64,000 nt of DNA from Rectinemataceae bacterium. Lineage in GTDB: Bacteria > Spirochaetota > Spirochaetia > Treponematales > Rectinemataceae. Below the pieces are notes generated by a model. The model saw only the letters and a program-made list of their open reading frames with translations. It was not told the DNA's origin and did no database searches. The first letter of the stretch is position 1. Each line of letters opens with the position of its first letter. This document shows, piece after piece, positions 12,119-20,809 of the stretch. Both the position numbers and the translations under genes were made by a program. The stretch lies in contig DATKVK010000062.1 of NCBI GenBank assembly GCA_035530095.1, positions 671 to 64,670 on the forward strand. Reading direction: 5' to 3'.

Positions 12119-13611
12119 TCCTCGGCACGGTGCGCGGCAAGATCATCGCCAACTCGGCCCTCATCCTCCTCATCACGGCCTCGGCCACCCTCTACACCGG
12201 CCTGGCCTCCTCCGAGCTCGCGAAGAGCGTCGAGCTCCTGTTCCGGAACAACATCCTCATGGAAAGCCTGAACACGACCCTGACGCAGACCGAGACGGGG
12301 CTCACCGGCTACCTCACCGCGCGGAGCTCCGACTCGCTCAAGGACTACATCAAGTACTCCACCATCCTCGCCGACAAGGCCTCCAGGCTCGACAGCGAGA
12401 TCCGCGCCGACGAGTCGGTGCTGCTGCAGCGCGACCTCTCCGGCCTCCTGGACAGCTACCTGCGCGACACCGAGGCCGCCGTGACCGCCAAGCGCGGCCG
12501 CGACGTCGAGGGCTACGCGGCGCTCTACTCGAGCTCGGAGCGGGCGGCCGACCTCGCCCGCTTCCTCATCGGCAGGATCGAGGGCATGTTCATCACCGAC
12601 TCGCTCAAGGCCTTCTCGCTCTTCAACTCGCGCATACCGGCCGTGATCGCCTCCAACGCGATGCTCGTCGTGGCCGCCACCCTCATGGGCTTCATGCTCC
12701 TCGTGCGCTTCTCCTACGCGCTCACCGAGCCGCTGTCGAGGCTCGCCGAGGCCGCCCGCGCCGTGGGCCGCGGCGATTACGGCGACCGCCTGGGCCTGCC
12801 CGCCTCGGGCGACGAGATCGGGACGACGGCCATGGCCTTCACGAGCATGCGCGAGAGCGTGCGGCGCGCCTTCGAGGAGCTCAAGTCCAAGTCCGAGGTC
12901 GAGAAGCGGCTCATGGAGGAGCGCATGCGCGTCCTCGACATGAGCCACAAGCTCAAGGACGCCGAGCTCCTCGCGCTGCAGACCCAGATCAATCCGCACT
13001 TCCTCTTCAACACCCTCTCCGCCGGCATCGGCCTGGCCATGTCGGAGAACGCCGACAAGACGGCCGACTTCCTCGAAAACCTCGCCGCCTTCATCCGCTA
13101 CGCGCTGAGGCCCCCCTCGCGCTCGGTCTCGGTCGGCGACGAGATCGAGTGCGCCGAGCGCTACATCTGGCTTCTGAAGCTGCGCTTCGGCGAGCGCTAC
13201 CGCTTCGACGTCGAGGCCGATCCCCTGGTCCTCTCGGCCGAGACACCGGCCCTGGTCCTGCAGCCCCTGGTCGAGAACGCCGTCGCGCACGGACTGCGCA
13301 ACCGCGAGGAGGGCGGCACGGTCAGGGTGGCCGTGAGCCTGGTCGGGGAGGAGGCCGTCCTGAGGGTCGAAGACTCGGGCGAGGGCATGGACCCCGCCGA
13401 GATGGCCCGCGTGCTGCGCGAGGCCTCGGGGGAGGAGTCGCGCTCGGGCGGCGAAGGCTCGGGTGCGGCCGACCCGGGCATAGGTCTGTGGAACGTCATT
13501 CGCCGCGTCAAGCTCTCGACCGAGGGCCGCGGCAGCGTCGAGCTCGAAAGCGAGCCGGGCAGGGGCACGAGCGTGATCATCAGGCTGCCGATGGGGAAGT
13601 CGCCCGCATGA
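12115..13611 (+). CDS. Sensor histidine kinase, LytS/YesM type (His_kinase PF06580-like)
   Basis: In-frame TTG at 12115 overlaps the upstream stop. Two TM segments, HAMP, motif QINPHFLFNTL, HATPase (GIGLWNVIRR). Confidence 0.85.
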   Translation: MILGTVRGKIIANSALILLITASATLYTGLASSELAKSVELLFRNNILMESLNTTLTQTETGLTGYLTARSSDSLKDYIKYSTILADKASRLDSEIRADESVLLQRDLSGLLDSYLRDTEAAVTAKRGRDVEGYAALYSSSERAADLARFLIGRIEGMFITDSLKAFSLFNSRIPAVIASNAMLVVAATLMGFMLLVRFSYALTEPLSRLAEAARAVGRGDYGDRLGLPASGDEIGTTAMAFTSMRESVRRAFEELKSKSEVEKRLMEERMRVLDMSHKLKDAELLALQTQINPHFLFNTLSAGIGLAMSENADKTADFLENLAAFIRYALRPPSRSVSVGDEIECAERYIWLLKLRFGERYRFDVEADPLVLSAETPALVLQPLVENAVAHGLRNREEGGTVRVAVSLVGEEAVLRVEDSGEGMDPAEMARVLREASGEESRSGGEGSGAADPGIGLWNVIRRVKLSTEGRGSVELESEPGRGTSVIIRLPMGKSPA

Positions 13612-15218
13612 AGCGCCTCCTCGTCGTCGACGACGAGCGGCCCGTCGTCGACACGATACTCCACATCGTGAAGCGCGACCTCGGCGCCGAGTTCGACATC
13701 GCCGGCACGGCCTCCTCGGGGCGCGAGGCCATCGAGCGAGCCTCGGCGCTCGGCCCCGACATCGTGCTCATGGACGTCCGCATGCCGGGCCTGTCGGGGC
13801 TCGACGCCGTGCGCGAGCTGCGGCGCCGCGGCTCGGAGGCGGTCTTCATCCTCGTCACCGCCTACGAGCGCTTCGACATCGCCCGGGAGGCGGTCGAGCT
13901 CGGCGTGCAGGACTACCTCCTCAAGCCGGTGGCCCGGGAAGCCCTGGCCCAGTCGCTCCGGGCGGCCTCGACCCTCATCGACCGCCGCGGCGAGTTCGAG
14001 CGCCGCGAGGTCGAGTATCGCGAGCGGGAGGAGCGCATCAGGCTTTTCGTCGAGACGGCCTTCCTGCACGCCGTCGCGCTCGGAGAGGCGATCGCTCCGC
14101 AACTGGCGGCCTACCGGCAGGCCCTCTCGCTCGAGGAGCCGCTGGCCGTCGCCGCGGCCGCGGCGTTCTCGCCCCCCGACGGCTCTTCCGATGCCGCTCC
14201 GCTGCACGAGCGCTTCCGCGAGATCCTGCGCTACAAGTCGAAGGCCCTGGCCGGCCCCCTCCTGGCCGGGCTCTGCGTCCTCGCGCTTCCGCTCAAGGCC
14301 GAGGAGGACGCGGAGTCCGCCATGGCCTCGGTGCGCGAGTCGGCGGCCGCCGCGAGCGCGCCGGGACGCGGCCTCGTGCACCTGAGCTTCGGGACGGTGC
14401 GGCCCTTGGCCGAGCTGGGCGAATCCTGGGCCGCCGCTCTCCGCGGACTCTGGGGCGCCGCCTCCGGAACCCTCCCGCCGGCGGGCTCCGAGCCGCCCGG
14501 CGCGGCCGGTTCCGGGACCCTCCCGCCGGCCGCCGACGGCGCGGACTCCGAGGCCGGACACGATTTCGAGGACGAGGAGGCCTTCCTCGGGGCACTCCTC
14601 GAAGGCTCGGTCGAGCGGAGCCGCGCCGCCTTCGAGCGGATCCTCGACCGGCTGCGCGGGTCCGCCGCGCCGGCCCGCTGGCGGCGCTTCAGGCTCCTCT
14701 CCCTCCTGGGCTCGGCCTACCGCACGCTCGCCCGGCGCGGACTCCTGGGCGAGCGCGAGGTCGAGGTCGAGCTCGACATGGCCGAGCTTCTCGCGGCCCC
14801 CGAAGGCGGGGCCTTGGAGCTCGCCCTCAGGACACGTTTCGCGCGCATAGCCGACAGGCTCGGCCGTATTCCGCACCGATCGGCCGCCGTCACGGCGGCC
14901 ATCTCGTACATCACGAGGAACTTCGGCGGCTCCCTGTCGCTGGAGACGGCGGCCGAGACGGTCGGGCTCTCGCCCAACCGCCTTTCCCGGCTCTTCGTCG
15001 AGGAGACCGGGCGCGGCTTTTCGGACTTCCTCATCCAATACCGGATCGAGCGGGCCAAGGAAATGCTCCTCGCGCCCGGCGCCAGCATCAAGCTGGTGAG
15101 CGCCGCCTGCGGCTATCCCGATCCCAATTACTTCTCGCGGCTGTTCAAAAAGGTCACCGGCTCCACGCCGACGTCCTTCTCTTCCGGAACCACGGAGGCG
15201 AACGATGCTGAACTCTGA
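13608..15218 (+). CDS. Response regulator with AraC-type HTH (YesN family)
   Basis: REC domain (LLVVDDERP...DVRMPGLSGLD), long linker, C-terminal AraC HTH (GYPDPNYFSRLFKKVTG). ATG overlaps the kinase stop. Confidence 0.9.
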   Translation: MKRLLVVDDERPVVDTILHIVKRDLGAEFDIAGTASSGREAIERASALGPDIVLMDVRMPGLSGLDAVRELRRRGSEAVFILVTAYERFDIAREAVELGVQDYLLKPVAREALAQSLRAASTLIDRRGEFERREVEYREREERIRLFVETAFLHAVALGEAIAPQLAAYRQALSLEEPLAVAAAAAFSPPDGSSDAAPLHERFREILRYKSKALAGPLLAGLCVLALPLKAEEDAESAMASVRESAAAASAPGRGLVHLSFGTVRPLAELGESWAAALRGLWGAASGTLPPAGSEPPGAAGSGTLPPAADGADSEAGHDFEDEEAFLGALLEGSVERSRAAFERILDRLRGSAAPARWRRFRLLSLLGSAYRTLARRGLLGEREVEVELDMAELLAAPEGGALELALRTRFARIADRLGRIPHRSAAVTAAISYITRNFGGSLSLETAAETVGLSPNRLSRLFVEETGRGFSDFLIQYRIERAKEMLLAPGASIKLVSAACGYPDPNYFSRLFKKVTGSTPTSFSSGTTEANDAEL

Positions 15219-16275
15219 GTTGCCCCGTCCGCGCGCGGGCCGAATCGCGACGCGCGCCCTCTGCTTCGCCCTCGCGGCGCTGACTGCGGCGCTCCTGCCC
15301 GGCTGCGCCCCGCGGCGGCACCGCCTTCCGCCGGGGAAGGTCCCCCTCATCGGCTTCTCGATGGACTCGCTCGTCGTGGAGCGCTGGAAGCGCGACATCG
15401 ACGTCTTCAGCCGGTCGGTGAAGGAGCTGGGGGCGGACATGGTACTCGAGGTCGCCGACCAGGACGCCGCGGTGCAGGAGGCCCAGGTGCGCGAGCTCGT
15501 GCGCAAGGGCATCGACTGCCTCGTGATCGTGCCCAACGACGCCGACAAGCTCTCGGCCGTCGTGCGCGAGGTGCGCGCCAAGGGCATACCCGTGCTCAGC
15601 TACGACCGGCTCGTGCGCAAGGCCGACGTGGACCTCTACATCTCCTTCGACAACGTGAAGGTGGGCAGCCTGATGGCCGAGACGATGGTGCGGGCGGTGC
15701 CTGCGGGCGGCTACATCATCATCAACGGCGCCAGGACCGACAACAATGCCCGGATGCTCAGCGAGGGCTTCCACAGCGTCCTCGACCCCTACATAGCCTC
15801 GGGCAAGATCAGGATCGTGGCCGACATCTGGCCCGAATCCTGGGATTCGGACGAGGTGAAGGCCGATCTGGAGCCCGTGGTGGCCCGCCACCGCGGCATC
15901 GACGCGGTGATAGCCGGCAACGACATGCTCGCCGAGGCCGCGATCAACGTGCTCTCCGAGAACCGGCTCGCCGGCCGCGCCAAGGTGGTCGGCCAGGACG
16001 CCGACCTCGCGGCCTGCCAGCGCATCGCCGAGGGCTCCCAGTACGCCACCATCTACAAGCCCATCGACCGCCTCGCCCTCAAGGCCGCCGGCTTCGCCGT
16101 CATGCTCGCCAGAGGCGAGAAGATCGAGACCGACGGCACGATCGACGACGGGGCCGAGAAGGTGCCCTACGTCCGGCTCGAGCCTATCCTCGTGACCAAG
16201 GATCTCCTGGAGGCGACGGTCATAAAGGACGGCTTTCATACCGCCAAGGAGATCTACCGCAACGTCGGGCCGTGA
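15205..16275 (+). CDS. XylF-like D-xylose-binding lipoprotein, probable sensor partner rather than transporter subunit
   Basis: Lipobox LLPGC. The body resembles E. coli XylF as I recall it (ERWKRDIDVF, LSYDRL, DLYISFDNVKVG). Overlaps the regulator gene by 14 nt. A different SBP precedes the ABC genes. Confidence 0.75.
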   Translation: MLNSELPRPRAGRIATRALCFALAALTAALLPGCAPRRHRLPPGKVPLIGFSMDSLVVERWKRDIDVFSRSVKELGADMVLEVADQDAAVQEAQVRELVRKGIDCLVIVPNDADKLSAVVREVRAKGIPVLSYDRLVRKADVDLYISFDNVKVGSLMAETMVRAVPAGGYIIINGARTDNNARMLSEGFHSVLDPYIASGKIRIVADIWPESWDSDEVKADLEPVVARHRGIDAVIAGNDMLAEAAINVLSENRLAGRAKVVGQDADLAACQRIAEGSQYATIYKPIDRLALKAAGFAVMLARGEKIETDGTIDDGAEKVPYVRLEPILVTKDLLEATVIKDGFHTAKEIYRNVGP

Positions 16276-16494
16276 TTGGAGTTTTGAAACCGGAGCGTGT
16301 CTGGATTTTCCTCGCGGATGGATGCGGGAAAATGCTAGTCGGGCTTTTCCGAATCTCCGCCCCTGCCCTTGAGTGAAGCATAATGCCCGATTCTTCCTGA
16401 TGACCGGTTTAATAAACGGGTGGACAATGGTCTCCGGCGGTTCCCGACCGCCCGCGGCCGGATAGGCTGTCGCACGTATCAAGGAGGTCATTTC

Positions 16495-17574
16495 ATGAAG
16501 CGTATCGCGCTCCTACTCGCCACCCTCATCATCGGCGTGGCTGCCTTCGCCCAGCAGGTCCAGGTAGGCATCGTCCTGCCCACGAAGGACGAGCCCCGCT
16601 GGATCCAGGATCAGACCAGGTTCATGACCGCGCTCCAGAGCGCCGGCATCAGCGCCGAAGTCCTCTTCAGCCAGGGCTCCTCGGCCATGGAGAAGACCAA
16701 CGTCGAGAGCCTCATCACCAAGGGAATGAAGGTTCTCGTCCTCTGCCCGCAGGACGGCGCCGCCGCCGCGGCCGCCGCCGACGAGGCCCGCCAGGCAGGC
16801 GTCAAGGTCATCTCCTACGACCGCCTCATCCTCGGCACCTCCGCCGTCGACTACTACGTCACCTTCGACTCGATCTCGGTCGGCGTCGCCCAGGCCAAGT
16901 ACCTCCTGAGCCAGGTTCCCAAGGGCAGGAAGGGCAACAACCTGTACATCTACACCGGCGCCTCCTCCGACAACAACGCCTTCCTCTTCTTCATGGGCGC
17001 CTGGAGCGTGCTCCAGCCCAAGATCGCCGACGGCACCTTCATCGTGCGCAACTCCCCCAAGGCCTTCGCGCTTAGGCACACGGCCAAGCTCTCCCGCGAC
17101 GAGCAGGCCGCCATCATCGGCCAGACCACGACCAACTGGAACTTCAACGACGCGAAGAACAAGGCCGAGGCCAACCTGACTTCCGTCGGCAAGCGCGACA
17201 AGGGTAACGTGTTCATCCTGGCTCCGAACGACGGCACCGCCCGCGCCATCGCCGACGCCTTCGCCGCCGACAAGGACGTCACGAAGTACTACATCACCGG
17301 CCAGGACGCCGAGATCGCCTCGATCCAGTACATCATCGACGGCAAGCAGTCCATGACCGTGCTCAAGGATGTCCGCACCCTCGTGGCGGATGCGATCGCG
17401 GCAGCCGAGGCCTTCGCCAACGGCCAGACCCCGCCCCAGACCGCGACCTACTGGAACGGCAAGATCAACGTGCCCGCCAAGCCGACGGCCATCGTCACGG
17501 TCACCAAGGAGAACGTGAAGGCCGCGATCGTCGATTCCGGCTACTGGCCCGCCAGCGATTTCACCGGGCTGTAA
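16495..17574 (+). CDS. ChvE-type multiple-monosaccharide ABC transporter substrate-binding protein
   Basis: AGGAGG SD and signal peptide (MKRIALLLATLIIGVAAFA). VGIVLPTKDEPRWIQD and VISYDRLI motifs typical of ChvE/xylose-family SBPs. Confidence 0.85.
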   Translation: MKRIALLLATLIIGVAAFAQQVQVGIVLPTKDEPRWIQDQTRFMTALQSAGISAEVLFSQGSSAMEKTNVESLITKGMKVLVLCPQDGAAAAAAADEARQAGVKVISYDRLILGTSAVDYYVTFDSISVGVAQAKYLLSQVPKGRKGNNLYIYTGASSDNNAFLFFMGAWSVLQPKIADGTFIVRNSPKAFALRHTAKLSRDEQAAIIGQTTTNWNFNDAKNKAEANLTSVGKRDKGNVFILAPNDGTARAIADAFAADKDVTKYYITGQDAEIASIQYIIDGKQSMTVLKDVRTLVADAIAAAEAFANGQTPPQTATYWNGKINVPAKPTAIVTVTKENVKAAIVDSGYWPASDFTGL

Positions 17575-17608
17575 CAGGATTAGCCGCGGAGCCGCCGCGG
17601 CATCGGGA

Positions 17609-17640
17609 CGCGCCGAAGGGCTGTACAGCCCTTCGGCGCG
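17609..17640 (+). terminator. Strong intercistronic hairpin (14-bp GC-rich stem) between the SBP and ATPase genes
   Basis: Perfect 32-nt palindrome CGCGCCGAAGGGCTGT/ACAGCCCTTCGGCGCG with no U-tract. Its position is typical of partial terminators or mRNA stabilisers that raise SBP stoichiometry. Confidence 0.5.
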
Positions 17641-17766
17641 CGGGTCCTTCGGCCCTCCCCGACGCCCGGCCGGCCCGGCGGTCATTTGTCTGATCAAGCT
17701 ACCTGGAATCACCCATCTGTCCTATAATCTACCTTACGTACTGAAGCTCTCGGAGGCGGGGCCGAC

Positions 17767-19287
17767 ATGAACACTCCCATACTCGAGATGAAAAACATCA
17801 CCAAGACCTTTCCCGGCGTCAAGGCGCTGAGCGACGTCAGCTTCGAAGTCGCTGCCGGCGAGATCCACTGCCTGGTCGGGGAGAACGGCGCCGGCAAGTC
17901 GACCCTCATGAAGGTCCTTTCAGGCGTCTATCCCCACGGCGACTATTCCGGCGACATCCTCTTCGAGGGGAAGGTCCAGAAGTTCCGGGGCATCGCCGAC
18001 AGCGAGAAGGCCGGAATCGCCATCATCTACCAGGAGCTTGCGCTCATACCGGAGATGACGGTGTACGAGAACATTCTCCTGGGCCACGAGCTCAGGAAGG
18101 GCCTCGGCGTAGACTGGAACGAGACCGTCCGGAAAGCCGACGAAATGCTCAAGCGCGTCAGGCTCAACATCAATCCCGAGACCAAGGTCAAGGATCTCGG
18201 CGTGGGCCGGCAGCAGCTCGTCGAGATAGCCAAGGCCCTCTCGAAGGACGTCAAGCTCCTCATCCTGGACGAACCCACGGCCGCCCTCAACGAGGACGAC
18301 TGCGACAATCTTCTCGAGCTCCTGCGGCACCTCAAGAAGGACGGGGTGACGAGCGTCCTCATCTCGCACAAGCTCAAGGAAGTGATCAGAATCGCCGACA
18401 CGGTCACCGTCCTCCGCGACGGCCAGACGATCTGCACGCTCGATGCCTCCAAGGGCGAGGTGGGCGAGCAGGTGCTCATCAAGCACATGGTCGGCCGCGA
18501 AATCAACAACATCTATCCCGACCGCCGCCGCGGCGACGCCGGCGAGGTCGTGCTCGAAGTGCGCGACTGGAACGCCTACGACGCCAAGCTCGGCAGGACC
18601 GTGCTCAAGGACGTCAGCTTCAAGCTCCGCAAGGGCGAGATAGTCGGCTTCGCCGGCCTCATGGGCTCGGGCCGCACCGAGCTGGCCAAGAGCATCTTCG
18701 GCAATCCCGACGGCTACGAGCTCAAGGGCGAGCTCCTCGTGAAGGGCAAGCCGGTCCGCCTGCGCAGCCCCAAGGACGCGATAGAGGCCGGCATCGCCTA
18801 CGCCACCGAGGACCGCAAGGGCAACGGCCTCATCCTCATCCAGGATGTGAAGCAGAACATCACCCTGGCCAACCTGGCCCAGATATCCCAGCGGGGCGTG
18901 GTGAACAAGAACGCCGAGGTCAAGGCCGCCACGGAATACAAGGACGCGCTCAACATCAAGACGCCGAGCGTCGAGCAGATCGTGGTCAACCTCTCGGGCG
19001 GCAACCAGCAGAAGGTCTCGGTGGCCAAGTGGCTCTTCGTGCAGCCCGACGTCCTCTTCCTCGACGAACCCACGCGCGGCATCGACGTGGGCGCGAAATA
19101 TGAAATCTACGGCATCATGAACAAGCTCGTGGAGCGGGGGATGAGCATCGTCATGATCTCCTCCGAGCTGCCCGAGGTCCTGGGCATGAGCGACCGCATC
19201 TATATCGTCTCCTCGGGACGGATAGCGGGCGAGCTGCCCGTCGCCGAGGCGACTCAGGAAAAGATCATGCAGCTGGCGACAAACTAG
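17767..19287 (+). CDS. Sugar ABC transporter ATP-binding protein (duplicated ATPase, GguA/XylG/MmsA type)
   Basis: Two ABC cassettes: GENGAGKST...LSGGNQQK and matching Walker B motifs. 506 aa. Confidence 0.92.
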   Translation: MNTPILEMKNITKTFPGVKALSDVSFEVAAGEIHCLVGENGAGKSTLMKVLSGVYPHGDYSGDILFEGKVQKFRGIADSEKAGIAIIYQELALIPEMTVYENILLGHELRKGLGVDWNETVRKADEMLKRVRLNINPETKVKDLGVGRQQLVEIAKALSKDVKLLILDEPTAALNEDDCDNLLELLRHLKKDGVTSVLISHKLKEVIRIADTVTVLRDGQTICTLDASKGEVGEQVLIKHMVGREINNIYPDRRRGDAGEVVLEVRDWNAYDAKLGRTVLKDVSFKLRKGEIVGFAGLMGSGRTELAKSIFGNPDGYELKGELLVKGKPVRLRSPKDAIEAGIAYATEDRKGNGLILIQDVKQNITLANLAQISQRGVVNKNAEVKAATEYKDALNIKTPSVEQIVVNLSGGNQQKVSVAKWLFVQPDVLFLDEPTRGIDVGAKYEIYGIMNKLVERGMSIVMISSELPEVLGMSDRIYIVSSGRIAGELPVAEATQEKIMQLATN

Positions 19288-19301
19288 AGGAGAGGTCCAC
19301 C

Positions 19302-20489
19302 ATGACTGTCAAAGACCTGCAAAAGGCGGTGCGTCAGAACATCCGCGACTACGGCATGTACATCGCCCTCATCATCATCATGGCGATCTTCACCATCGCC
19401 ACGAAGGGAATCTTCATCTCGTCGCGCAACATCGCGAACCTCCTGAACCAGACGGGCTACATCGCGGTGCTCGCCGTGGGCATGACCCTCGTCATCATCA
19501 TCCGGCACATCGACCTCTCGGTCGGCTTCCTGTCGGGCTTTCTCGGGGCCATAGCCGCCGTCGCGCTCGTGAACTGGCACCTCAACGTCTGGCTCACCCT
19601 GGTCCTGGTCCTGGTGCTCGGCATCCTGGCGGGCCTTCTCACGGCCCTGCCCGTAGCCAAGCTCGGCATACCGTCCTTCGTGGCGAGTCTCGCGGGCTGG
19701 CTCATCTACCGAGGCGCCCTGCTCATGGTCACCTCGAGCACGGGCACGATCATCATCCCGGACAAGATCTTCAACGCGATCGGCAACGCCTACATCCCGG
19801 ACATCATGCCGGCCGATACGACCTTCCTCCACGGCCTGCACAAGCTCACCCTCCTCATCGGCCTCCTGGCCATCGTCTGGTTCATCTTCCGCGAGATCGG
19901 CGCGCGCAAGAGCAAGCAGGCCTACAACTTCGAGGTGCCGCCGGCCGATATGTTCGTGCTCAAGCTCGTCTTCATGGCGATCGTGCTCGGTCTCATCACC
20001 TGGGTCCTCGCCGGCTACAACGGCATGTCGTGGACCGTCGTGATCATGATCGCCGTGGTGCTGATCTTCGACTATATAGCCAAGCAGACGGTCCTGGGCC
20101 GGCACATCTACGCCGTGGGCGGCAATCCCGAGGCCGCCGAGCTCTCGGGCATCAGCGTCAAGAAGATCACCTTCATGGTGTTCGGCGCCATGGGACTCCT
20201 GACCGCGCTCTCGGGCATCCTCTTCGCCTCGCGGCTCCAGTCGGCCACCCCCACGGGCGGCACCCTCTTCGAGCTCGACTGCATCGCGGCGGCCTACATC
20301 GGCGGCGTCTCCGCGGCGGGCGGCGTGGGCAAGATCACCGGCTCCCTGGTCGGCGCCCTCGTGTACATGTCCCTCATGAACGGCATGAACCTCATGGGCA
20401 CCGACATCTCGCTGCAGTACGTGATCCGCGGCGCGGTGCTGGCCGCCGCCGTCATCTTCGACGTGACCACCCGCAAGGTGCGGCGCTGA
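19302..20489 (+). CDS. Sugar ABC transporter permease (GguB/XylH type)
   Basis: About 10-12 TM segments and the conserved AVGGNPEAAELSGI motif of the CUT2 permease family. Confidence 0.9.
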   Translation: MTVKDLQKAVRQNIRDYGMYIALIIIMAIFTIATKGIFISSRNIANLLNQTGYIAVLAVGMTLVIIIRHIDLSVGFLSGFLGAIAAVALVNWHLNVWLTLVLVLVLGILAGLLTALPVAKLGIPSFVASLAGWLIYRGALLMVTSSTGTIIIPDKIFNAIGNAYIPDIMPADTTFLHGLHKLTLLIGLLAIVWFIFREIGARKSKQAYNFEVPPADMFVLKLVFMAIVLGLITWVLAGYNGMSWTVVIMIAVVLIFDYIAKQTVLGRHIYAVGGNPEAAELSGISVKKITFMVFGAMGLLTALSGILFASRLQSATPTGGTLFELDCIAAAYIGGVSAAGGVGKITGSLVGALVYMSLMNGMNLMGTDISLQYVIRGAVLAAAVIFDVTTRKVRR

Positions 20490-20512
20490 CAAGGAAGCTG
20501 CCATAGGCGGAT

Positions 20513-20537
20513 GCGGCAAGGGCTCTGCCCTTGCCGC
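20513..20537 (+). terminator. Hairpin after the permease gene (11-bp stem, 3-nt loop)
   Basis: GCGGCAAGGGC-TCT-GCCCTTGCCGC, 24 nt after the stop codon. No clear U-tract. Confidence 0.45.
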
Positions 20538-20809
20538 GCCGAGCATTCCGGCGCTCGCCTTCCTTCGCGTCCGCGGCGCCCGTACGCGAGCTTGATCCGC
20601 CGGATCGGCTCACGCAGGGGCGCCGCGTCGTCGAGAAGGCGGACACGGGCGATGGGGAGCCCCGGGGCGCAGCCGGGAGCCGCGATCAAACGAGCCTCAG
20701 CGCATAATCTTTCTTGCCTTGCAAAGTCCTCGAGGGTACATTCCAGTCATGGAATATATGACTATTATTGTCATCATATTCCGCGACTGTCCGCTCGAGG
20801 GGGAATCCT

